A stretch of 64,000 nucleotides of DNA from Mobula hypostoma (GCF_963921235.1 NC_086102.1:37262001-37326000), one strand, 5' to 3'; positions 1-12,550 are shown, counted from the first letter of the stretch. Notes: generated by a model from the sequence alone, not told the origin. Numbers and translations: made by a program.

Positions 1-849
1 AATGTCTGATGCATCAGTTGGGACAGAATACGGTCTGAACTAACCTGTAAATTACATGGGGTGTTGGTCTCTGAGCTGCCCACTGGTCATAGTATCTTTA
101 ATGAGTGTGGGTCGTCTTCACCCTCCTTCTCGGTCTCCTGCCTCTGCTTTGGCAGATTGAAGTGCCCGAGTATCTGACAGGAGGAGCACGTGGGCCAGAC
201 CTGGAGAGTAGGTGAGGGAGGAAATCAGCAGCTAAAGCCTGAAAATCAGAAAAGGTTGTGGAACAGCAAAGTAGTGAGGATGGTTTCTGGCCTGCCATAA
301 ACTGTGAGCATTTATTGCACCCGTGTAAGGTGAGGCAGCCCCATTTATTCTCTGACAGTTAGCCCCTGCTGTTGCTGTTGATGGTGAGGGCCCAGCTTCT
401 CCAGCACAAGTGAGGGAAGGGCCATAAGATATGGTTTAGATAATCTGTGTCTCATGGATGAACAATTGTCAATATGTGTGAAGTATCAAATGAAGGGGCA
501 AGTCTTTGGGCAGCATTAAGTGTCTGAGAATGCTCTGAATGCATGGATGCTGGGTACAAACCAGCCGAATAGAGAGAGTTATTGTGTCGTGCAATATGTG
601 CGACCACACGCACGTTGATAACTGAACTTATCCCTAACCTCAGGTAAGATGACTAAAGTTTTCTGGGATTGCATCTAGGAGCCTGAGGATTGATTCTGAT
701 ACAGCTAACTCCTCCTATCAATTTCTGAATGTGAGCCTGAGGAAGCCATAGGACCATTGCAGAAACAGAACTTGTCTCCCCTCTCCACCTTCCATGGTAA
801 GAGCTTCAGTGTGACACAGAACATTCCATTCTCTCCCATGTGGTGCCAA

Positions 850-1092
850 GAAAATCCCCCTCCAAGTCAATCACCATCCTGACTTGGAAGCATATCAACA
901 TGCCTTCATTGTCACTCGGTCAAAGTCACGGAATTCCCTCCCTATCAGCACTGCGGGTGTACCTACACCTCGGGGCAGGAGCGGTTCAAGAAGGCAGCTC
1001 ATCAGCATCTTCTCAAGGGCAGCTAGGGATGAGCAATAAATGCAGGCTTAGCTGGTGACGCCCACATCCCGTAAATGAATAAATATTAAAAA
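850..1092 (+). mobile_element. LINE (L2/CR1-group) 3' end fragment
   Basis: TILTWK...LSLGQ-type C-terminal remnant followed by a GGCAGCTC...AAGGGCAGCTAGGGATG...AATAAA 3' tail. Confidence 0.5.
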
Positions 1093-1449
1093 AGAATCTT
1101 TCCACAAGCTGCAGTCATCTCCATCTTAACTATCACCACTTGCTCTAATCACACATACAAGCTGGATTAGGGCAAGACAGGCTAGTGAATGCAATTCAGT
1201 GAACTGGTCCCTTCTCTAAGCCACTTCACTGTTCAGTCAATATCAGGTGGGTACAGCAATCATTTGCCATGCAGAGGGGTTTACTGTGTCACATTTAGTG
1301 GGCTTGAGTTAATCAGTCGTCAGCATCCCCATGTCTAGTTTCAGGACCTCTCTAATTTAAATCTCTGTGTATTTATTGGAATAATGAGGCTGAATCAAAA
1401 TAGGTTCTATAGTTTTGGAAATTCTCTCAAAATTTGTGGAGGCAATTAT

Positions 1450-2933
1450 AGAAACATAGAAACATAGAAAATAGGTGCAGGAGTAGGCCATTCGGCCCTT
1501 CGAGCCTGCACCGCCATTTATTATGATCATGGCTGATCATCCAACTCAGAACCCCGCCCCATCCTTCCCTCCATACCCCCTGACCCCTGTAGCCACAAGG
1601 GCCATATCTAACTCCCTCTTAAACGTAGCCAATGAACTGGCCTCAACAGTTTGCTGTGGCAGAGAATTCCACAGATTCACCACTCTCTGTGTGAAGAAGT
1701 TTTTCCTAATCTCGGTCCTAAAAGGCTTCCCCTCTATCCTCAAACTGTGACCCCTCGTTCTGGACTTCCCCAACATCGGGAACAATCTTCCTGCATCTAG
1801 CCTGTCCAATCCCTTTAGGATCTTATACGTTTCAATCAGATCCCCCCTCAATCTTCTAAATTCCAACGAGTACAAGCCCAGTTCATCCAGTCTTTCTTCA
1901 TATGAAAGTCCTGCCATCCCAGGAATCAATCTAGTGAACCTTCTTTGTACTCCCTCTATGGCAAAGATGTCTTTCCTCAGGTTAGGGGACCAAAACTGCA
2001 CACAATACTCCAGGTGTGGTCTCACCAAGGCCTTGTACAACTGCAGTAGTACCTCCCTGCTCCTGTACTCGAATCCTCTCGCTATAAATGCCAGCATACC
2101 ATTCGCCTTTTTCACCGCCTGCTGTACCTGCATGCCCACTTTCAATGACTGGTGTATAATGACACCCAGGTCTCGTTGCACCTCCCCTTTTCCTAATCGG
2201 CCACCATTCAGATAATAATCTGTTTTCCTATTTTTGCCACCAAAGTGGATAACTTCACATTTATCCACATTAAATTGCATCTGCCATGAATTTGCCCACT
2301 CACCCAACCTATCCAAGTCATGCTGCATCCTCTTAGCATCCTCCTCACTGCTAACACTGCCGCCAAGCTTCGTGTCATCCGCAAACTTGGAGATGCTGCA
2401 TTTAATTCCCTCATCCAAGTCATTAATATATATTGTAAACAACTGGGGTCCCAGCACTGAGCCTTGCGGTACCCCACTAGTCACCGCCTGCCATTCTGAA
2501 AAGGTCCCGTTTATTCCCACTCTTTGCTTCCTGTCTGCTAACCAATTCTCCACCCACACCAATACCTTACCCCCAATACCGTGTGCTTTAAGTTTGCACA
2601 CTAATCTCCTGTGTGGGACCTTGTCAAAAGCCTTTTGAAAATCCAAATATACCACATCCACTGGTTCTCCCCTATCCACTCTACTAGTTACATCCTCAGA
2701 AAATTCTATGAGATTCGTCAGACATGATTTTCCTTTCACAAATCCATGCTGACTTTGTCCGATCATTTCACCGCTTTCCAAATGTGCTGTTATCACATCC
2801 TTGATAACTGACTCCAGCAGTTTCCCCACCACCGACGTTAGGCTAACCGGTCTATAATTCCCCGGTTTCTCTCTCCCTCCTTTTTTAAAAATTGGGGTTA
2901 CATTAGCCACCCTCCAATCCTCCAATTATGAAG
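1450..2933 (-). mobile_element. Young 5'-truncated CR1 LINE with intact RT C-terminal ORF (1546..2925)
   Basis: ORF contains [23 protein letters not shown] and KFADDTKL. (ATAGAAAC)n tail at the left. Candidate TSD CAATTAT at 1443-1449 and 2933-2939. Confidence 0.97.
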
Positions 2934-3599
2934 GTTTGGCTTTGGTTTGAGTTTGAATGGCTAATGAATGAGTTCCAGATATCTATGAGGCTGTGTGGAA
3001 ACACAATTGCTGGTTAAAGGCTAAAAGGGATAGAATGCAGATCCAGAGTAAACAACAGGGAACAAAGATTTCAACCCAAATCATAATGGATACACTTATA
3101 AAATGACATGGCCGGTCAATTGCCTGAGCATCAGAACCGCTTCCCGTGTTTAAGAAATCCGTGTAGGCAGAAATTCCACTAGGAAGCTCAGAAGCAGGGA
3201 TCCCACATGGTTGTGCTTGGCCATGTAACATGTATATATGTTGACAAGTGGTGCGGGCTGAAGTCAGATCGGTGTGACGGGATGTTGAGCTGTTTACCTA
3301 GGGATGGTACCTTTAGGGCTTTGTCATAGAACATGAACAGCAGCGGTAAAAATTCAGCCCGTCATTATAACTTTAGTGCCTTTTAAATCCTATCAGTTAG
3401 GCAAACAAATCACTTCTTGGTAGGGCGGGTCAGAATACTGACTAATTCATTTGTTCTTGACTTCCTGCTGTGCCACAATTGAGTGTGGAATTTCACTTAT
3501 CTCCCTCCGAGGGAATTAGTCACCAGGGAGAACAGGATCAGCTTGAAAAAGCTGCACCGCCTGATTCCGCTTACAGGATTAGGGAAAGTCCATCTAATC

Positions 3600-5290
3600 C
3601 ATGATGCTCCCCATTATCCAGTGACTAAAGTGAATTGCTGCAAAATAGGCAAAAAAAATTGAATTGGGACCGCCGTACTAATATCCCCAAAAGAGGTTCC
3701 AATAAGGAGCTAGCGGAGTATATGAAATGCACAAGAACACTTAGAAAGAAATCAGGAAAACTAAAAGAGAACATGAGGTGGCTCTGACAGACAAGGGGAA
3801 AGACAATCTCAAAGGCTTCTGTAGATAACATTAAGAGCAAAAGTATAGCAAGGACAATACTGACTCTCTTAAAGATCAGCGCTGTCACCATGGATCTGAT
3901 GGACTGTCCCTAATCCTGTAAATGCAGTCTGACTAATGCCTTATAAAGCCTTAGCATTACATCCTTGCTTTTATATTCTAGTCCACTCAAAATAAATGTT
4001 AATTTTGCTTTTGCCTTCCTTCCTACTGACTAAACCTGCACGTTAATCATTAAGGAATCCTGCACCAGGACTCCTAAATTCCTTTCCTCTTCCAATATTT
4101 GAATTAGCTCCCCATTTAGAAAATAATCTACACCTTTATTCCTTCTGCCGCAGTACATGATCATACACATCCCTACACTGTATGCTATCTGCTGCTTCTT
4201 TCCATTTCTCCCAATCTGTCCAAATCCTTCTGCAGCCTCCCTCCTTCTTCAACAGTAACCGCTCCTCATCATTCTTCATATCATCCGCAAACTTGGCCTC
4301 AAATCTATCAATTCCATTATCCAAATTTTTGACAAATAACATGAAAAGAAGCAGACTCAGCCAGCGTTGTCCCCCACGGAACACCACTCCCTACCGGTGG
4401 CCAACCAGGAACGCCGTCTTTATTTCCACTCTTTGCCTCCTGTCAGTCAGCCAATCCTACGTCCATGCTGGTATCTTTCCTATAATACCATGGACACTTA
4501 TCTTGTTTTACAGCCTCACTTGCTGCACGTTGTCAAAAGCCTTCTGAAAATCCAAGTAAACAACATCTACTGACTCTCCTATGCCTATCCTGCATGTTAT
4601 TTCATTAAAGAATTCCAACAGATTTGTCACACAAGATATCCTCTTTAGGAAACCATGCTAACTTTGGCCTGTTTTATCATGTGCCTCCAAGTATCCTTGA
4701 AACATCATCCTTAATAATGGACTCTTGCACCTTCCCACCCACTGAAGTGAGGCCAACTGGCCTATAATTTCTTTTCTTTTGCTTCCCTCTCTTCTTAAGG
4801 TATGGAGTAACATTTGCAATTTTCCAGTCCTCTTGAACCATTCCAGAATCAAGTGATTCTTGAATGATTATTACCATTGCCTCCACAATCTCTTCAACTA
4901 TCTCCTTCGATCCATCTAGTCCAGGTGACCTATCTACCTTCACATCTTTCAGCTTCCCAAGCACCTTCTCCTTAGTAATAGCAACTGCACTCACTTTTGT
5001 CCTAATACTTGAACTTCTGGCACACTGCGGGAGCGTTCTACAGTGAAGACTGATGCAAAGTACTTATAGAGTTCATCCGCCATTTTTTTGACCCTATTAC
5101 TACCTCTCAATTGTCATATTCCAGCAGTCCAATATCCACTTTTGGCTCTCTTTTTATATATCTGGAAAAAATCTTTCGGTATCTTCTTTAATATTATAGC
5201 GATAGCTTACCGTCATATTTTATCTTTTCTCTCCTTCTTGCTTTTTGGTCTTCTGTTTGTTTTTTAAAGTTTCCCACTAATTCCTGATAT
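3600..5290. mobile_element. Degenerate CR1 fragments (3600-3880 +; about 3920-5290 -)
   Basis: Broken RT motifs, e.g. ORF 4677..4994 (DWKIANVTP...NYRPVGLTSV). Confidence 0.85.
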
Positions 5291-5309
5291 CGTCTGCCCT
5301 CTCTTTTAT

Positions 5310-6060
5310 GCTAGTGAAGATATTTAAAGGGTACCTGAAGGGGAAATTTTCCACTCAGAGGAAGGTACAAGTGTGGAATGAGCTGCCAGCTGAAGTGGTG
5401 ATGAAGTTTGGATAACTATGTAGATGAGGGGAGCCTGGAGGGCTACTTTTCAGGAGCTGGTAAATGAAACTAGACAGAAAGCAGGTCAGCATGGACTAGA
5501 TGGGCTGAAGGGCCTTTTTCTGTGCTGCTGTCTATGATTCTATGACACTATGACTCCGTATTAGTCACCCTATACACTTTTTTGATTGTGGTTCTTTGCA
5601 TTAGCTGGGAAATTTTTGGAACAGCTTGAAAGTGCCAAACACTATTTATATATAAATGTTTATTATTTGGCCATTTTGAATATTTAGGCTATCAGAAATC
5701 TTATAACCCACTGTACTTAACACCGGTGTTACGTGGAGACTGAGGGCTGACATTATAAAGGTTTATTAAATAATGAGGGGCACAGTCAGGGTAGACAGTC
5801 ATAATATTCTTATTCTAAAATTAGTGGGGTCTAGGCTGGAGGGCATAGACCAAGGTGAAAAGGGGAATGTTGAAAGGTAATCTGATTGGCAAGATTTCCA
5901 TACCAAGGTAGGTGGATGTCTGGAACAAATTTCCAGAGAAAATATTACAGAAGGGAACAATTACAATATCTAAGACATTTGGACAGGTATATTGATTGTA
6001 AAGGCTTAGATGAATATGTAGGATTAGTGTAAATGGACAGCTTGGTTTTCATGGATGAAA
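5310..6060 (+). mobile_element. Two old CR1 3'-end fragments
   Basis: FFTQRVV-like and CR1 3'UTR remnants; (CTATGA)n-type tail near 5532-5556. Confidence 0.65.
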
Positions 6061-6344
6061 GACCTGTTTCTTTCTGGATAACTCTCTGAATCCATAGTAT
6101 TTAGGTGTGGACTGCAACTTTAAAAAACTCCATGATAACCACAAGGTTTTAGACAAGGGCTGGAGATTAAATGGAAAGACCCGTTTAACTAGAAAATCTT
6201 GTCTCTCTGAAATGTGCTGATTTTGTCATATGTCAAAAGAATTCCAAAAATTGGATCAATATCATGGCAGAAAGACCAATAAGTCTGTATCACCAAACTG
6301 GAAGTGATAGCTTGCTTCATAAACTTTAAATCCATTCTTATTAA

Positions 6345-7135
6345 TAAGAACACAAGGAAATCTGCAGATGCTGGAAATTCAAGCAACACACATCAAAGTT
6401 ACTGGTGAACACAGCAGGCCAGGCAGCATCTCCAGGAAGAGGAACAGTCGACGTTTCAGGCCGAGACCCTTCGTCAGGACTAACTGAAGGAAGAGCTAGT
6501 AAGAGATTTGAAAGTGGGAGGGGGAGATCCAAAATGATAGGAGAAGACAGGAGTGGGAGGGATGGAGCCAAGAGCTGGACAGGTGATTGGCAAAGGGGAT
6601 ATGAGAGGATCATGGGACAGGAGGCCTAGGGAGAAAGAAAAGTGGGGGGGGATCCAGAGGATGGGCAAGGGGTATAATCAGAGGGACAGAGGGAGAAAAA
6701 GGAGAGAGAGAAAAAGAATGTGTGTATATAAATAAATAACAGATGGGGTACAAGGGGGAGGTGGGGCATTAGCGGATTTAGAGAAGTCAATGTTCATGCC
6801 ATCAGGTTGGAGGCTACCCAGATGGAATATAAGCTGTTGTTCCTCCAACCTGAGTGTGGCTTCATCTTGACAGTAGAGGAGGTCGTGGATAGACATGTCA
6901 GAATGGGAATGGGATGTGGAATTAAAATGTGTGGCCACTGGGAGATCCTGCTTTCTCTGGTGGACAGAACGTAGATGTTCAGCGAAATGGTCTCCCAGTC
7001 TGCGTCGGGTCTCACCAATATATAGAAGGCCGCATCGGGAGCACCGGACGCAGTATATCACCCCAGCAGACTCACAGGTGAAGTGTCGCCTCACTTGGAA
7101 GGACTGTCTGGGGCCCTGAATGGTAGGAGGGGGAT
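6345..7135 (-). mobile_element. Penelope-like element, 3' part (GIY-YIG endonuclease remnant plus terminal repeat)
   Basis: ORF 6678..7094 (VIYCVRCSRCGLLYIGETRRRLGDHFAEHLRSV). The terminal repeat contains a hammerhead motif. Confidence 0.9.
6445..6482 (-). ncRNA. Minimal type-I hammerhead ribozyme motif (Penelope)
   Basis: Minus strand reads UAGUC-CUGACGA-AGG-GUCUCGG-CCU-GAAA-C-GUC-GACUG. Conserved core, 3-bp stem II, GUC cleavage triplet and AGUC/GACU stem I are all present. Confidence 0.75.
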
Positions 7136-7556
7136 GGTCTTGAATTCTCCAACTTCCGGTAATTCCCTCCCCCTCCCGTACCCCATCCCAGTTTCATTCT
7201 GCTCCCTCCCCCAGCTGCCTATCACCTCCCTCATGGTTCTGCCTCCTTCTACTACCCATTGTGCTTTCCCCTATTCCTTCTTCACCTTTCCTGCCTATCC
7301 CCTCCCTGTTTCCCCTCCCCCACCCCTTTATCTTTCCCCTTACTGGTTTTTCACCTGGCACCTACCAGCCTTCTCCTTCCCATCCTCCCCCACCTTCTTT
7401 ATAGGGCCTCTGCCCCTTCCCTCTACAGTCCTGATGAAGGGTTCCGACCGGAAACGTCGACTCATCGTTTCCACTGATGCTGCCCGACTTGCTGAGTTCC
7501 TCCAGCGTGTTGTGAGTGTTGCTTTGACCCCAGCATCTGCAGAGTATTTTGTATTT
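7136..7556 (+). mobile_element. Penelope-like terminal repeat, opposite orientation to the adjacent copy
   Basis: Pyrimidine-rich UTR followed by CTGATGAAGG...GAAACGTCGAC...CCAGCATCTGCAG. Confidence 0.85.
7426..7463 (+). ncRNA. Hammerhead ribozyme-like motif (Penelope)
   Basis: CAGUC-CUGAUGA-AGGGUUCCGACCG-GAAA-C-GUC-GACUC; stem II is weaker. Confidence 0.6.
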
Positions 7557-8009
7557 ACATCTGTCACCATGTACTACCTTCAGATTCATTTACTTGTGGG
7601 CTTTCATAGTGAAGTTGGTTCAGCTGACAACATACAGAGACCAGGTAACTCTAGACACCAGAATAGTGGACATGTTTAATATGAAAAGACTTTGGAAGAC
7701 AGAAAGTGAAAGGAAAAAGCAAAATAACCAACTCTTTAAAAATACAATTTGCTTTTTGGGGACACAAGAGACTACAGATGTTGATATCTTAAAAAAATAG
7801 AGCAACAGCAGGAGGAACTCAGCGAGTCAGTTATCATCTGTGAGAAAAAAGGACAGGTGATGTTTTGGGTCAAGACCAAAAGATCCTTTAACTGCATTCA
7901 TAGTGTAGAGGGGAGATGGCCAGTATAAGGAGGTGAGCAGGCATCCACCTGAATCCATCTCTTGCTTGCCAGATCTTGTCTCAACCCTCCGCTTCACTAG
8001 TCATCATAG

Positions 8010-8510
8010 AGGAATCAGAAGTGGAAAGCGTGAGCAATTTCAGTTCCTGGGTGTCAAGATCTGTGAAGATCTATCCTGGGCCCATATCAAACCTGTTACA
8101 AAGAAGGCATGACAGTGGCTATATCTCATTAGGAGTTTAGAAGAGATTTGATTTGTCATCAAAGGCACTCACAAATTTCGACAGGTGTACCATGGAGAGC
8201 ATTCTTTCTGGCTACATCGCCATGTGGTTTGGGTGGAGGGGTACTGCACAGAATCGAAAGAAGCTGCAGAAAGCCGTAAACTCAGTCAGCTCTATCACTG
8301 GCACTAGCTTCCCCCGCACCCAGGACACCTTCAAGGAACGGTGCCTTGGAAGGTGGTGCCCATTATTATGGACCCCCATCATCCTGGATGTGCCCTCTGC
8401 TCATTGCTGCCATTGGGGACGAGATGCCTGAAGACATACGCTCAGTGATTCGGAGCAGCTTCAACCCATCTGCTACCCGATTTCTGAATAGATATTGAAC
8501 CTATAACACT
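8010..8510 (+). mobile_element. Rex1/Babar-type LINE 3' fragment
   Basis: FLGVKICEDLSW and FDRCTMESILSGYIAMWFG (ORF 8153..8431). Confidence 0.8.
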
Positions 8511-8712
8511 AGACCACTACTTTTTTAATTTAACATAATTCACCTCTGTGTACTGGCTATCTTCCCACCCAAATGAAAAGTTTTGACCTGAAATTCTCAT
8601 TATTCATTTTCCTCTACAGATGCTGCCTGACCCATTGAGTACCTCCAGTTCTCATTTTTCACCACAGAGTATTTTTTTTCTTTCCTTCTTGCTTCAAAGA
8701 GGGGAAAATAAC

Positions 8713-11214
8713 AGCAGTTATAATGGGTGACTTCAATCTACTTGTAGACTGGGTGAACCAAATTGGTAAAGGTGCTGAGGAAGAGGATTTCTTGGAATGT
8801 ATGCGGGATGGTTTTTTGAACCAACATGTCGAGGAACCGACTAGAGAGCAGGCTATTCTGGACTGGGTTTTGAGCAATGAGGAAGGGTTAATTAGCGATC
8901 TTGTCGTGAGAGGCCCCTTGGGTAAGAGTGACCATAATATGGTGGAATTCTTCATTAACATGGAGAGTGACGTAGTTAATTCAGAAACAAAGGTTCTGAA
9001 CTTAAAGAGGGGTAACTTTGAAGGTATGAGACGTGAATTAGCTAAGATAGACTGGCAAATGACACTTCAAGGATTGACGGTGGATATGCAATGGCAGGCA
9101 TTTAAAGGTTGCATGGATGAACTACAACAATTGTTCATCCCAGTTTGGCAAAAGAATAAATCAAGGAAGGTAGTGCACCCGTGGCTGACAAGAGAAATTA
9201 GGGATAGTATCAATTCCAAAGAAGTAGCATACAAATTAGCCAGAGAAAGTGGCTCACCTGAGGACTGGGAGAAATTCAGAGTTCAGCAGAGGAGGACAAA
9301 GGGCTTAATTAGGAAGGGGAAAAAAGATTATGAGAGAAAACTGGCAGGGAACATAAAAACGGACTGTAAAAGCTTTTATAGATATGTAAAAAGGAAAAGA
9401 CTGGTAAAGGCAAATGTAGGTCCCCTGCAGACAGAAGCAGGTGAATTGATTATGGGGAGCAAGGACATGGCAGACCAATTGAATAATTACTTTGGTTCTG
9501 TCTTCACTAAGGAGGACATAAATAATCTTCCAGAAATAGTAAGGGACAGAGGGTCCAGTGAGATGGAGGAACTGAGCGAAATACATGTTAGTAGGGAAGT
9601 GGTGTTAGGTAAATTGAAGGGATTGAAGGCAGATAAATCCCCAGGGCCAGATGGTCTGCGTCCCAGAGTGCTTAAGGAAGTGGCCCAAGAAATAGTGGAT
9701 GCATTAGTGATAATTTTTCAAAACTCGTTAGATTCTGGACTAGTTCCTGAGGATTGGAGGGTGGCTAATGTAACCCCACTTTTTAAAAAAGGAGGGAGAG
9801 AGAAACCGGGGAATTATAGGCCGGTTAGCCTAACGTCGGTGGTGGGGAAACTGCTGGAGTCAGTTATCAAGGATGTGATAACAGCACATTTGGAAAGCGG
9901 TGAAATGATCGGACAAAGTCAGCATGGATTTGTGAAAGGAAAGTCATGTCTGACGAATCTCATAGAATTTTTTGAGGATGTAACTAGTAGAGTGGATAGG
10001 GGAGAACCAGTGGATGTGGTATATTTGGATTTTCAAAAGGCTTTTGACAAGGTCCCACACAGGAGATTAGTGTGCAAACTTAAAGCACACGGTATTGGGG
10101 GTAAGGTATTGGTGTGGGTGGAGAATTGGTTAGCAGACAGGAAGCAAAGAGTGGGAATAAACGGGAGCTTTTCAGAATGGCAGGCGGTGACTAGTGGGGT
10201 ACCGCAAGGCTCAGTGCTGGGACCCCAGTTGTTTACAATATATATTAATGACTTGGATGAGGGAATTAAATGCAGCTCTCCAAGTTTGCGGATGACACAA
10301 AGCTGGGTGGCAGTGTTAGCAGTGAGGAGGATGCTAAGAGGATGCAGGGTGACTTGGACAGGTTGGGTGAGTGGGCAAACTCATGGCAGATGCAATTTAA
10401 TGTGGATAAATGTGAAGTTATCCACTTTGGTGGCAAAGATAGGAAAACAGATTATTATCTGAATGGTGGCCGATTAGGAAAAGGGGAGGTGCAACGAGAC
10501 CTGGGTGTCATTATACACCAGTCATTGAAAGTGGGCATGCAGGTACAGCAGGCGGTGAAAAAGGCGAACGGTATGCTGGCATTTATAGCGAGAGGATTCG
10601 AGTACAGGAGCAGGGAGGTACTACTGCAGTTGTACAAGGCCTTGGTGAGACCACACCTGGAGTATTGTGTGCAGTTTTGGTCCCCTAATCTGAGGAAAGA
10701 CATCTTTGCCATAGAGGGAGTACAAAGAAGGTTCACCAGATTGATTCCTGGGATGGCAGGTCTTTCATATGAAGAAAGACTGGATGAACTGGGCTTGTAC
10801 TCGTTGGAATTTAGAAGATTGAGGGGGGATCTGATTGAAACGTATAAGATCCTAAAGGGATTGGACAGGCTAGATGCGGGAAGATTGTTCCCGATGTTGG
10901 GGAGGTCCAGAACGAGGGGTCACAGTTTGAGGATAGAGGGGAAGCCTTTTAGGACCGAGGTTAGGAAAAACTTCTTCACAGAGAGAGTGGTGAATCTGTG
11001 GAATTCTCTGCCACAGCAAACTGTTGAGGCCAGTTCATTAGCTATGTTTAAAAGGAAGTTAGATATGGCCCTTGTGGCTACAGGGGTCAGGGGGTATGGA
11101 GGGAAGGCTGGGTTCTGAGTTGGATGATCAGCCATGATCATAATAAATGGCGGTGCAGGCTCGAAGGGCCGAATGGCCTACTCCTGCACCTATTTTCTAT
11201 GTTTCTATGTTTCT
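8713..11214 (+). mobile_element. Young CR1 LINE (partial EN + RT) with a single frameshift near 10277
   Basis: ORFs 8723..10462 and 10270..11118. TGCAGCTCTCC here versus TGCAGCATCTCC in the 1450-2933 copy shows a 1-nt deletion. (GTTTCTAT)n tail. TSD AAAATAAC at 8705-8712 and 11215-11222. Confidence 0.97.
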
Positions 11215-11420
11215 AAAATAACTGCACTATGATTAAATATTTAACACCACCAACTCCAACTTGGTGTCCATTTCCCAAAACGTTATTGTGAAATGCAGGG
11301 GACTTCCTCGTTATGTTGTACGTGCAAGTTGCTGCTCCCGATGACACAGAGACAAATGATTTGCTCCTTTAGCAATTCATTAATTTCTATTTTTTCCATC
11401 TTCAGGGTGAACTAAATAAA

Positions 11421-11484
11421 ATGACACTTCAGAGAACGCAAGAGATCTGCATTGGTGTTTTTCTTTACTTTTTTCTAATTGCAG
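11421..11484 (+). CDS. Gene 1 leader exon (MTLQRTQEICIGVFLYFFLIA)
   Basis: ATG at 11421 follows a strong acceptor (tttttccatcttcAG ending 11405), so an upstream 5'UTR exon is implied. The exon encodes a hydrophobic signal-like stretch and ends in phase 1 at a GC donor (CAG|GCAAGT). Confidence 0.75.
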
Positions 11485-12550
11485 GCAAGTCTGATTTATA
11501 CCTATCATGGATGCTATTAATTACATTGATGAGACAAGACAACTATTGCCTTCCCATTCTGCACACTGCCATGCGGCTTGCTTTCACTTTATTAATCAAT
11601 ACATAGAAATTGACTCCATCTCAGCCAAAGGGTTGCAAACTTGGCCAGCTGTATCAAGGTCACTAGCATCAAGGATATTTACTTTTATTTAGAAACAGTG
11701 CAGAATAGGCCCTTTTGTCCCAATGCCTCACACCGTCCAGCAACCCACCTATTTAACCCGAGCCTAATCACAGGGTAGCTTCGAATGGACTATTCGCCAT
11801 ACTCACCAGTTCATCCTTGGAATGTGGGAGGCAACCGGAACATCCGGAGGAAACACACATGCACACGGGAAGAACGAACAACGCTCTTACAGAGATCCTG
11901 CAATTGAACTCTGTAATAGCCTTGCACTAGCCTCTACGATACTGTCGCGCCACCGTGACATCTTCAGAAAGCAATGCCTCGAAAAGGCAGCATCCATCAT
12001 CACCTCGGACATGCCCCCTCCTTATTGTTACCATCAAGGGGGTAGCAATAAGAAGAGAGCATGCCCACACACTCAACATTTTATGAACAACCTCTTCCCC
12101 TCCAACATCAGATTTCTGAACAGACATTGAACCAATCCAAGAACACTACCTCACTTTTTTTTGCTGTCTTTTTGCACTACTTATTAAAATATATGCATTT
12201 CTTATTATAATTTATAGTTTTCATGGTATTGCTGACCCAAAACAACAAATATGACGACATATGCTAGTTATGTTTAACCTCATTCTGATGCTGACTCAAA
12301 TAGTTTTAAACGATGCTCAAATTCATCATCTTCCCAATAAATGTGAGTTTTGACTTTGTTTAATTCTTTCCCTTTTGTAAATCCCTCAACTAATTTGAAG
12401 TAAGGATATCACGAATATTTGCAGAGTTCAAACTTCAAAGCCAGTTTATTATCAAAATTTGTATATGTCACCATATACTACCTTGAAGTTCATTTCCTTG
12501 CAGGCATTCACAGTACAGCAAAGAAATACAATACAATCAATGAAAACTGT

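Noticed and set aside
1-620. Possible Tx1/L1-like coding remnant on the minus strand (LWQARN-like)
   Set aside because: Only a few residues resemble the family and no continuous frame can be supported.
1546-11118. Long ORFs of 459, 579 and 282 aa (and 569 aa at 55483..57192) as host genes
   Set aside because: All are CR1 ORF2 reverse transcriptase or endonuclease, with LINE tails and TSDs.
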